From NCBI RefSeq assembly GCF_009914755.1, contig NC_060943.1: 64,000 nucleotides of DNA. One strand, 5' to 3'. The stretch comes from the human T2T-CHM13v2.0 reference genome, Homo sapiens. The position numbers and the translations under genes are program-made. Each line of letters begins with the position of its first letter. Positions within the stretch are counted from its first letter, which is position 1. Below the pieces are notes generated by a model, which worked only from the letters and a program-made list of their open reading frames with translations, was not told the DNA's origin and made no database searches. Positions 25,670-64,000 of this stretch are shown here, one piece after another.

Positions 25670-27399
25670 CTATAAAATACAAGAGTAAACACTTCCTAAT
25701 ACATGCTAGGAGGCCAACAGAATCCTACTGCCAAAACTAGATAGATACATTACAAAGGTGGAAAACTATAGACCAGTAACTCTCATGATCATAGATCCTA
25801 AAAGTTCTCAACAAATATTCACAAATTGAATCTAAAAATGTATAAAAAGAATTATACACCACAGTCAAGTGGGAATCATTACAGGTGTACAAGGCTGATT
25901 CAAAATTCAGAAATTGCCAGGTGCGGTGGCTCATGCCTGTAATCCCAGCACTTTGAGAGGCTGAAAAGATTGCTTGAGCCCAGCAGGCAGAGGTTGTCCT
26001 CTGGGAGTGAACCAGAGGCTGATATTCACTAGATCCTCCAAGATACCTGGCAACTGTGAGTATCCTGGGTCAACCCCAGGAAGTTCTAAAACCCAGGAAC
26101 AGGGACAGATCACCCTATAAAATTTCCAAAAGGGAACCTCAATCCAAAGACATTCTGGTAAGGTGTCTGTGCCTAGGGAAGATAAAAGGAGGAGAGGCAC
26201 AAAAGAGTAAGTGCACCCGAGTTTCATGCACTTACTCTGTTTTCCTCATGTGAAATGTTCACAAACAGAAAAATATTTTAAAAAGAGCTATCGCTCTGTG
26301 AAAAAAATGATAAAGTACTGCATCTGTTTGAAATGTACAATAAAGGACAAATAGTTGATAATATTTTGAATCGATGAAGCAAAGTTGGCACTTGGGAATG
26401 TGGGGAAGGAATTGGAAATTTAGGAATTCATACAAACCCTAGAAGGGTTAAGTTCGGCAAACAGAATTGTGGATTTGAGACCTGCGTCCCACACTTTTGG
26501 AAAATGCAAGGGCAAACAAATACACGAGAAAATCGGTACCCCTGGGGAGTGTTAAAAGAAATAAGAGGCAATCAGACTGGAATGGCTATAGTGCCCTGAG
26601 TTGCTTCCCAAGGACACCAAAATCGGACACAAATGTAGCTTGTAAATTACCAATTTAGAGGAAAATGAAGTTTAGCCTCCGACTACATAACCAGAACATT
26701 TCCACCTGGATAGACCTGTCAGAAATAGGAAGAACTGAAAGAAATTTGTTAAAAAGTGGCCTAAGATGGCTGCAGGTTGGACATACAGGTAATAGAAACC
26801 AGGCCCATGAAATAAAACTGAACTCTCAGCCTGCAAGTTAAATATTTCACTGACCTGTACTGATGACAACCTTGCCTATCAGATGAAGCGAAGGTAGGAC
26901 AGATTCAATCATCCCTGTCTAAACCCTGCGATGCCTGTGTACTGGTTAACCTTTCATATACTTTCACCACATACTTGCTTTATCTTATAAGGTCACTGCC
27001 CACCTCTCCCATTTTCTGTGTAACACAAGGTATAACACTTCACGTAGCCCACTCCAGGACACATTGTTTGTGCTGGGTCTGCATTCCCAGGCTATTGTCC
27101 TTAAACTTGACTTAGAATAAAACGCCTGTTTTTTTAACCTTTGGTTGACAGACCAAATAAGGCGACTTATAACCAAAGATTTAACTTGGCTTGCTTCCTC
27201 ATACACCTTATAAAAGCCTTTCCTTCAAGCCCCCCTGACGGGACCCCAAAGAACAAGCCATGGTTGGGTTATTCATGAATTGCTCTTGGCTAAATAGTTA
27301 AATATTTAACGGTGCTGCATTTTAATTTTTACAGGTGAAAGGCAGGATTGGGAACCCCACAGACCGCAGCTCCTCCCAGGAGAACCCCACACATGAGTC

Positions 27400-27940
27400 T
27401 GGATCCTCGCCATGATCCTCCCGTGGCCCCCACACAATCTGGGGAGACGCGGGGCCGCGGGCACTGCGCTGCCGAGAGGGCTCCGGACTGAGGCTGCAGT
27501 TGCTGCGCAGGGACGGCTCAGGATGCCCGGGGTCCCGGCTGCTGGCCCAGCCCCACCCTGTGGCCGAGGGGACCCAGGGACGAGCTGCGCCAGGGAGACT
27601 CGGGTCCGCAGACCCCGGAATCGCTGCTGACAGGCCCGGGTCCCACCACAGCAGGTCCCAACCAGCCCCTCCTCCCACCCGGCCTTGCACACTCACCATT
27701 TCCCGGCTCCCAGGTGTCCCGGGTCCTCCCTTGGCTCCGGAGATCAGTGCTGGTCACCACCGGACAGAAGCTGTGGTGGAGCCACCTCGGCCTCTGGAAG
27801 GCTGAATTCAGTGGGTTAGGGGAACAGGAGCCCCTTAGACTTGCGGAGCTTGGCCCCACCCTCCTGGCGGAGCGCCTGATTGGATAATTTACACGACCCC
27901 GCCCAGTACCCCTAGGATAGGAATCAAGCCCCACCCCCTA
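27400..27940 (-). promoter_or_regulatory. CpG-island promoter / first exon of the KRAB pseudogene
   Basis: CpG-rich and clearly homologous to 56200-56830; ATTGG at 27879-27883 and CCCCGCCC at 27897-27904. Confidence 0.75.
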
Positions 27941-28454
27941 GGCCCGGGTTTCAGGAGAAGCCACGGAAAACTCGGAAGTGTGGAGCAGGATTGACAGGTT
28001 CTAGCAACAGCCCTCCCACCCCCCCGCCCAGGCCAGGCTTCCTTCTGGAGCTTGGACGTGACCCCACACTGGGGACATTTGCATTTAAGAAAAACTTGGC
28101 TCCAGGCTTTCCACAGTGGGCCCTGGCATCTTCCTATACTCACTGGGCCCTTTCTGTTTCTTCCTTCTGGACGGGGGTTCACAAGTGTGAGCAGGCAGTT
28201 CCACACTCCGTGTCCAATTGAGCCAGTACCTTTGCTGGAAGCTACTGGGCTGGAACAGGAGGGAGAGCCCAGATGTCTTCCAGGGATCAGGAATTTGGGA
28301 TAAGCGGCTGGTGGCATGGCCAAGGCTTCCTCATACCTTATCTCAGTCTACCCATTTTCAGGGAAGAAAATGAAATATGCCAACAAGGGAACAAAAATTA
28401 AGTGCATGGAAAAAAGTTATACTACAGCAATATTCTGTAAAGAAATCAAAAGGG

Positions 28455-32465
<4,011 letters not shown>

Positions 32466-32566
32466 TAAAGGCCGGGTGCGGTGGCTCACGCCTGTAATCC
32501 CAGCACTTTGGGAGGCCGAGGTGGGCAGATCACATGAGGTCAGGAGTTCAAGGACCATCCTGGCTA

Positions 32567-32800
<234 letters not shown>

Positions 32801-33389
32801 TCACACCTGTAATCCCAGCACTTCGAGAGGCCAAGGCAGGAAGATCCCTTGAGCCCAGGAAACCTGTCTGGGCAATATAGTAAGACCTATATAGTAAGAC
32901 CTTGTCTCTCCAAAAAAAAAAAAAAAAAAAAAATATGATTTAAAAAATTACCTGGGCATGGTAGTGTGCACCTGTAGTCCCAGCTATTCAGGAGGCTGAG
33001 GTGGGAGGATCATTTGCTTGCGAGGCAGCAGTTTCAGTGAGCCAAGAGAACACTACTGAACTCCAGCCTGGGTGACAGGGAGACCCTGTCTGAAAGAAAA
33101 AAAATTAAAAACTAAAGACACAATTTGAGCTACTAGAAAGGAAAACAACAATGCCTGGTATAAAATATGCACTGGATTGAATAACCAGATCAGATATTTC
33201 AGGAAGAAATTAAGACCCAGCAATAGAAATGACATAATTTTAAATACATGCACTTAACAAATTGCCAAAATACGTCATGCAAGAACACACAGAACTGCAA
33301 GGTGACACAGAAAAATTCACAGTTAACTGAAGACTTCAACACTTCTCAGTAATACAAAGATCCAACAGGCGTAGATTCAGTAAACATTC

Positions 33390-34230
33390 CTTTTTTATTT
33401 TAAAATACTTCACAAAGATTGTATATGTTCATGATGTACAGTTATGTTTTGATGTATATATATACATTCTGTAATGGTTACCACAGTCAAATTAACACAT
33501 TGATGACCACCCATGCTGTACATTAAATCTCCAGAACGTGTTCACCTTACAACTTGGTTTTTAACCTTTGACCAACATTTCTCCATTTTCCCTACCTTCT
33601 GGACTCTAGTAACCACCGTTCCTCCCTCTGCCTCGGAGTTTAAGTTTTTAATATTCCACAATTAAGTGGGATCATGAAGTATTTGCCTATGTCTGCCTTA
33701 TTTTATAGTGTCCACCAGGTTTATTCATGTGACAAATGTCAGGATTTCCTTTTTACGGCTGAGTAATATTCTGTTTAAATATACATCACACTTTCTTTAT
33801 TCATCCATTAATGGATGCTAAGTTTGTTTCCATATGTTGACTATTGTGAATAATGCTGTAATGAACATATGCGAGTGGCAGATATCTCTTTGAAATACTG
33901 ATCACTGCCTTTGGTCATATATGCATATACCCAGGAGTGAGACTGTTGGATCACATGGTAGTTTTTGTTTTTTTTTGCAGAACCTCCATATTGTTTTTCA
34001 CAATGGCTGTACCAATGTACATTCCCACCAACAGTATACAAAGCTTCCTTTTTCTCTGTACTCTAACACTAATCTCTCTTGATAGTACCCATCCTTGCAT
34101 GTATGAGGTAACATGTAATTGTGGTTTTGATTTGAATTTCTCTAATGATTAGTGATATTAAGTCCCTTTTCATTTGCTTTCCGGCCATTTGTATGTCTTC
34201 TTTGAAAAAAATGTCCACTCAGGGTTTTTA
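33390..34230 (-). mobile_element. L1MA-like 3' end fragment
   Basis: [23 protein letters not shown]2 C-terminal remnant followed by L1 3'UTR-like sequence. Confidence 0.7.
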
Positions 34231-36800
34231 AATTTATTTTTTCTTATTGTTTTTACCCCTTGCAGAAACCAGTCTATTTTTCTTAATTTGTTAGTTTTTT
34301 GAGATGAGAGGGGTCTCATTATGTTACCCAGGTTGGTGTCGAACTCCTGGATTCAAACGATCTTCCTGACTCACACTTCTGAGTACTGGGACTACAATTG
34401 GGCACCACTATGCCCAGCTAATAATTTATTTATTTATTTATTTTAGACATGAAGTCTCCCTATGTCGCCCAGGTTGGTCCCAGATTCCTAGCCTCAGGCA
34501 CTCCTCCCAAGTACGTGGAATTATAGGCATAAGCCACGGCACCTGGCCTCCTAAACTTATGAGTGTTCCAACTTGTAATAGACTTTGAAACATATACAAC
34601 TTGTTGGTGCGTCCCAGGCCAATCCTCACATTTGGCTTTGATTAGCCTTTATCAAATTATTCTGCCTCAACAGACTTAATTTTGGTCAACAATTTAACTG
34701 AGGTACTTTATAGATAACAGTGTCCATTATACCACAGGAAATACTTCAGTGTTTAAATAATGAGAAAAGCAAAAGCTGTTCCCAATGACAGCTGCTCCCC
34801 AACTCACCACAAGGCGAAGTCTTACCCTGTTGAAAACTGTAACAAACCTCCATCAGACAAAGCTACCAGGTGACCATAATGGATCAAAATGAAATTCTGT
34901 AACCATGTCTCCGATAACCTAAAAGAAAACAGACTCCAAACTTTAAAAATGACCAGAAATCTCCTAATATGACTTGTGCTTCTTATGAATTAGTGTTAGT
35001 GCCACTCTATTCTTTCTGCCTCCTAGATAAGAACTATTAGAATTTTCCAAGGATGGAATTGAGTTCACCTAACAGCATCCAATACAAACACCTCACTTTG
35101 TTGAATGGCAATGAAATCACCTAAAAGAAACACAAATCCTATAAGAAGTCCTCTTGAGCACCCTCTTATGGATAACCCTCCGTCATTGATGCTTTGTGTT
35201 CATCCTTATTACAACTCTTTACATGCCACTCTTTGACTATAGGTGTGATTCTAGTGGTCTCTGGCAAGATGGCACAGACAAAAGCATGCTTTGTTCCTGT
35301 GGTATTCTAAATGAGAAATTAGATTCATGAGAAAAATTGTGACCATGTAAGAATTTTAAAAAATTTTTTCCTTTACATTTTCTTTAACATTTTTTAAAGA
35401 AAAAAAGTACTTGGACTTATATGCAAATGGTAATACTGACTCATTATTTAGAATGTATAATGAATAACCTGACAAAATTACAAAGTTGACCTGAAAATGC
35501 ATAATTGCAATGGGATATTTTAATATATATTCTCAGGTAATGGAAAATATTAATACAATAGTTGTTAGTATACAAGTTGTTTTAAAAGAGTTAATAAAAT
35601 ATTTCTAAGAAATACCTGCAGAAGTTGTTTGATAAAAATGCATTGTTTTTATCATGTACAAACATAATTGAGAATGTGCACATGATCACATTTGGCTATA
35701 ATTGGAAATTCTCACGATCTGCCTGACCTAAGACATTTGTTTTCACATAGACTGTGTCAGAGCAGTTACTGCACAATGCAACAGAGGAACAAGCCCCCAT
35801 GTTGTTCTATGTGACTGTATCACTGTAGCTGTCACAGGGAAATCAGGAACACAGTTATTACCAGTATTAACAGAATGAAGTGTTTACTATGCAAATTAGA
35901 TCTTGTTTGAATATAATCTAGAGATGAGGGGAGTCAGAACAACAGAAAATATCCTCAACCATGACAGTTTTAATTAGTTGCCTGGTGGATTATGTTGATG
36001 TGGGTAATGTTGTTAACTAAATTTTCTAGAATCTTTTTTTTTTCCATGTTAGAATTCACCAATAGCCTAATGACATGAAAGCTGGGAGGCAGAACTTAAG
36101 AAGGCTGCAAGGGGACTGCGTGGACACCGGCCTCCTGCCTGTTTTCCTGATACTTTGTCCTGACAATCAAGAGTTTCTTTAAAACACCACTGTCTACTTC
36201 TGTTTTCTCAGACAGGTAGAGTTCCACAGATGTCTCCACCATCTTCACATCAAAGATATAATTTGCAGTTTGGATTTTCCTGCAAGCCCTCATTTGTCCC
36301 TATGCATCTGTCTGTCTCCACGCAGATGGGTCCAAAACCTGACTAATGCCTTCTTCAGTTCTGCCTTCCAACTTTCATGTCAGGCTACTGCTGAATTCCA
36401 GCATGGAATCCAAAAGGGAATAGATTCTAGAAAATTTAGTTCACGTTACCCATAATCACATAGCACAATCTAAGAGGCACACCTCCAACCTAGATTGTGT
36501 TGTCCTATCACAGATCTTACTTCTTAATTCAAAGTCTATCATCCATATCTTGGCCAGAAAGAAAAAGAGCAAAATATGGAAATAATGTATATAAGACTAT
36601 ATTGTATAACCTTGGCCCACTATTCATTAGCAAGGGAAATAAAATAAGGCTCTTCTAACCAAAAAGAAGAAAGGTTTTCTCCTGAGGAAGGTGGAATATA
36701 TATATAATGGATAAGGGAAAGCCAATACCTGCCACAGGATGCCAGTAGAAAACTCCCAGTACCAAACTGTCATTTTTCAATGGCCCAGAACTATTAAAAC

Positions 36801-36858
36801 ATTTTATTAACTGACTTAAGGAATTTTATTTAAAAATTTTATTAACTGACTTAAGGAA
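36801..36858 (-). terminator. Candidate polyadenylation signal cluster of the intact KRAB-ZNF gene
   Basis: Three minus-strand AATAAA (36803-36808, 36825-36830, 36838-36843) about 0.7 kb past the stop; two sit in a 23-bp direct repeat. Confidence 0.45.
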
Positions 36859-37521
36859 AAAACACTACCAATTATACTTCTGCACTATTTCTTAAAGAGT
36901 ATTTACAGAATAATCTCACCTCAATGTTCATTTATGAAAATAAGTAGGAACCCAGAGTGCAGAGATCCACTTTAAGAATGTGGCACTAAGCCAGGCAACG
37001 CAGCACACATCTGTAGTCCCAGCTGCTCAGGAAGCTGAGGTGGGAGGATCTCATGAGCCTAGAAGTCCGCGGCCAGCCTGGGCAACATGGCAAGACCCAT
37101 CTCAAAAAAAAAAATAAAACAAAAAAACTGGCCCAGTGTGGTGGCTCATACCTATAATCCCAGCACTTTGCTGGGCTGAGGTGGGAGGATTACTTGAGGT
37201 CAGGGGAGTTGGCGACCAGCCTGGGCAAGATAATGTTGCCTGTCTCTACAAATATATACGTATATATATACATATATAAAAATATTTTAAAATAAAAATA
37301 TATTAAAAACTAGGAAGAATCAAAAAGGGATGTGGCACTGATAAATACATTTATAATATTTTTTCATGGCATGAATTTTCTAGAGCATTCTACCTGAATT
37401 AAGTTATATCAGGCTTTCCTGTATTACTTACATTCATGCAACTACCCTCCAGTATGAACTTTCATATCAACTTTGAAAATCGTTAAAATTGAAAAACTTT
37501 CGATATTTACATTTATAGTTT

Positions 37522-56552
<19,031 letters not shown>

Positions 56553-57304
56553 TTCCTGGACTCCAGGGTGTCCCAGCATCCTCCTGATGGCTCTCCTGGC
56601 CACAGCAGGGCAAATCGCGACACACCCTGAGCTGACACACCCTCAGCACTTTCAGAGAAGCCGAGAGCGACCCGAGGGCGCCAAGGCGAGAGGGAAAAAA
56701 AACCCAAACCCACGAGCTTTAGCGCGTCGCCCCGCCTGCTGCCCTACAGCACGCCTGATTGGACTGTTGGCACGGCCCCGCCCTCAGAACCCCTAATTGG
56801 ATAGTGCCCTAGGCCCCTCCCCCTGGGGTGGGGGACACAGTGCAGAGAGGAGAGGTAAGGCAAACGCCTGAGAGGGGCCAGAATGACAGATTCTTGACCA
56901 TTGCCCTTGCCAGCTTGGGCATCCTCCCTGATCCATTTTCCCCTATCAATAAGTTAAATGAGTCCAAGATCCTCAAACCTATTGTTTAAATAAGAAACCA
57001 GCAGGACATGCCCTCGCCAGAGGACATTGGAATTTAAGAACTTGCTCCTGGCTTTCCAGAGCTGGCACTGGCGTCTCCCTGTACTAATGGGACTTTCTTT
57101 CTTCTTCCTCTTGGACAAAAGGGAATTGCATTCTCAGTGGCCAAAGGAACGATCCTCGTGCCTCAGAGCAGGAGGGGTGCCTAGACCAGGTCACACTGGA
57201 ACATGGGAGAGGGCTTGATGTCCTCCAGGGGTCAGGAATTTGGAAAGAAAGGCTGTTGGTGGCATGGCGAAGGCTTCCTCACACCTTATCCCTCAGTCTA
57301 CTCA

Positions 57305-59952
<2,648 letters not shown>

Positions 59953-60639
59953 AATAGTTATAAATGTTATAACATTTCTTTGATGATGCAAATTTTCTGG
60001 AGCACTATACATGAGTTAATTTGGATTGGATTTTCCCAAATTACTTACATTATGGGATTTCTCCCCAATGAGCACTGGGATGAGGAGACTTCAATCCACC
60101 AAAGTTGTATATATATATATCCATGGAGGTGATACTTAGGTCATCTCATCAGAAAACACTCATACTTGTCCACAAATAGATGTTGCATATGGCATTAGTA
60201 CCATCCTCAGAAATTTATATATATTTGCAAGAAATATTATTTTAAGTCAATAGTATATGCTATCATGAATACAGGATATGCTCACTCCATAAGCAGCAAA
60301 TTGACTCCTTCACAGTTTTAATAGATTTCCAGTTGTTTTGTCTTCAGTCTCCTAAGAAGACAATGCTATAATCTCCAACCACATTATTTGCTTCTTCCAT
60401 CCCATTCTTCATATTGATCATTGTTGTGTGACATTAGTTGACTACTGTAATGATAAATAACTAGGGTAAAATAGATACATTTGCTCTTTCTTAGGTTCCA
60501 TTCCTCCTTTCAGTGGGAAGCCTCACACACACTCTCATCATGCTCTGCTATGAAACATAGCTTAACCAAGAATCGTATATCCAGCAAAGCTCATGTTCAA
60601 TACAAAACAAAAATTTAATTTTTCTGTTATGCTGATGAA

Positions 60640-62409
<1,770 letters not shown>

Positions 62410-62695
62410 TGAGTAGCTAGGACTACAGGTGTGAGCAACTATGCCTGGCTATTTTTTTTTTTTTCCGTATTTTTAGTAGAGACAGGGTTTCCCATGTTAG
62501 CCAGGCTGGTCTCGATCTCCTGGCCTCGTGATCTGCCCTCCTCGGCCTCTCAAAGTGCTGGGACTACAGGTGTGAGCCGCTGCGCCCAGCCTGGAAACTT
62601 CTTAAGGCTTTACCACGTTTACATTCACAGGATTTATTTCTTTCAAGTATCTGAATGTGATAAAACCAATGAATGCTTTCCCACATTCCATACAC

Positions 62696-64000
62696 TTATA
62701 GAATATCCTTCCAGTGTGTCCTTTTATGTCTATTAAAGGAACTGAGAGAACTGAAGGCTTTCCCACATTCCTTACATTCATAGGGCTTCTCTCCAGTGTG
62801 AGTTCTTTCATGTTCTCGACAGAAACTGGAACGACTGAAGGCTTTACCACAGTGTTTACATTCATAGGGTCTTTCTCCAGTGTGAGTCCTTTCATGTCTT
62901 AGAAGGAAAGAGGGCCAAAAGAATGCTTTCCTGCATTGCTTACATTCATATGGCTTCTCTGCCGTGTGAGTCCTTTCATGAGTTTTTAAGTAACTGAAAC
63001 GACTGAAGGCTTTCCCACAAATTTGACACTCATAAGATTTTTCTTCACTGTGAGTCCTTTCATGGCGACAAAAGTATTTAAAAGAACTAAATGCTTTCCC
63101 ACACTCCTTACATTCATAAGGCTCCTCTTCACTGTGTGTTGTTTCATGACTTTGAAAGGAAAATAAATCACTAAAAGCTTTTCCACATTTACATTTATAG
63201 GGTTGCTCTCCAGTGTGTGTTGTTTCATGTTTTCGAAGGGAACTGGAAGTACGGAAGGCTTTCCCACATTGCTTGCATTCATAGGGTTTCTCTCCAGTGT
63301 GAGTCCTTTCATGTCTTTGAAATACACTAGGAGAATCAAAGGCTTTCCCACATACTGTGCATTTATGAGGGCCATCTCCAGTGTGTGCCATCATGTGTCT
63401 TCGAAAGCTTGAGCGATGAGATAACAATTTCCCACATTGCTTACATTCATAGGGTTTCTCTAGAGTGTGAGTTCCTTCATGAATTCGTGCTGAACCAGGA
63501 AAATCAAAGCCTTTCCCACATATCTTACATTTATGAGGTCCATCTCCACTGTGCATTATCATGTGTCTTTGAAAGCTTCCAAGATGACAAAACGCTTTCC
63601 CACACTGTTTACATGTATAGGGTTTCTCTCCAGTGTGAATTCTTTCATGTACTCGAAGGGAACCGGAAACACTGAAGGCTTTCCCACATTGTTTACATTT
63701 GTAGGGTTTCTCTCCAGTGTGAGTTCTTTCATGTCTTAGATATGAACTGTAATCAGGGAAGGCTTTAGAACACTGCTTACATTCATACGGTTTCTCCCCA
63801 GTGTGTATTTTTTCATGTCTTAGATAGGAACTGTAAACAGGGAAGGCTTTAGAACACTGCTTACATTCATATGGTTTCTCTCCAGTGTGAGTTCTTTCAT
63901 GCATACGTAATAAACTGGGCCAAAAAAAGGCTTTCCCACACAATTCACATTTATAAGGTCCATCTCCACCTTTTACTACCATATGTCTTCGAAGGTTTCC
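62696..64000 (-). CDS. ZNF44: ZNF44 terminal zinc-finger exon, 3' part (15 C2H2 fingers in window; gene continues beyond right edge)
   Basis: ORF 62696-63982 is open to the window edge ([34 protein letters not shown]...) and ends ...[18 protein letters not shown]. This matches my recollection of human ZNF44 (KOX7/GIOT-2). TGEKPY linkers throughout. Confidence 0.9.
   Translation of the reverse strand, partial: GNLRRHMVVKGGDGPYKCELCGKAFFWPSLLRMHERTHTGEKPYECKQCSKAFPVYSSYLRHEKIHTGEKPYECKQCSKAFPDYSSYLRHERTHTGEKPYKCKQCGKAFSVSGSLRVHERIHTGEKPYTCKQCGKAFCHLGSFQRHMIMHSGDGPHKCKICGKGFDFPGSARIHEGTHTLEKPYECKQCGKLLSHRSSFRRHMMAHTGDGPHKCTVCGKAFDSPSVFQRHERTHTGEKPYECKQCGKAFRTSSSLRKHETTHTGEQPYKCKCGKAFSDLFSFQSHETTHSEEEPYECKECGKAFSSFKYFCRHERTHSEEKSYECQICGKAFSRFSYLKTHERTHTAEKPYECKQCRKAFFWPSFLLRHERTHTGERPYECKHCGKAFSRSSFCREHERTHTGEKPYECKECGKAFSSLSSFNRHKRTHWKDIL

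Noticed and set aside
34750-35270. LTR-like segments here and at ~26550-27300, ~46340-50340 and ~51180-51600
   Set aside because: Probably old ERV/LTR remnants, but family and boundaries cannot be supported without a repeat search.

Overview
This is primate (very probably human chr19p13.2) genomic DNA from a tandem KRAB zinc-finger cluster, dense in Alu, L1 and LTR repeats. Three head-to-tail ZNF units lie on the minus strand. (1) The 3' zinc-finger exon of ZNF44 is at the right edge. (2) A complete four-exon KRAB-A/KRAB-B/C2H2 gene has its own CpG-island promoter (ATG exon 56550-56552, KRAB-A 40506-40632, KRAB-B 40242-40302, finger exon 37522-38923). It splices by canonical GT-AG sites into an uninterrupted 530-aa ORF with 14 fingers, and I cannot assign it a gene symbol. 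(3) A decayed paralog keeps its CpG promoter and ATG exon (~27.7 kb), but its KRAB exons carry stops and its last exon breaks off at ~23.9 kb against a nest of L1, MER61-type ERV1 and HERV-K LTR5 insertions. Also present are an RPL28 processed pseudogene, a near-full-length old L1, a non-autonomous MER61-type provirus with a tRNA-Phe PBS, and a Tigger transposase remnant with a MER2-like end. Repeat subfamily names are from memory of consensus sequences and repeat boundaries are approximate.
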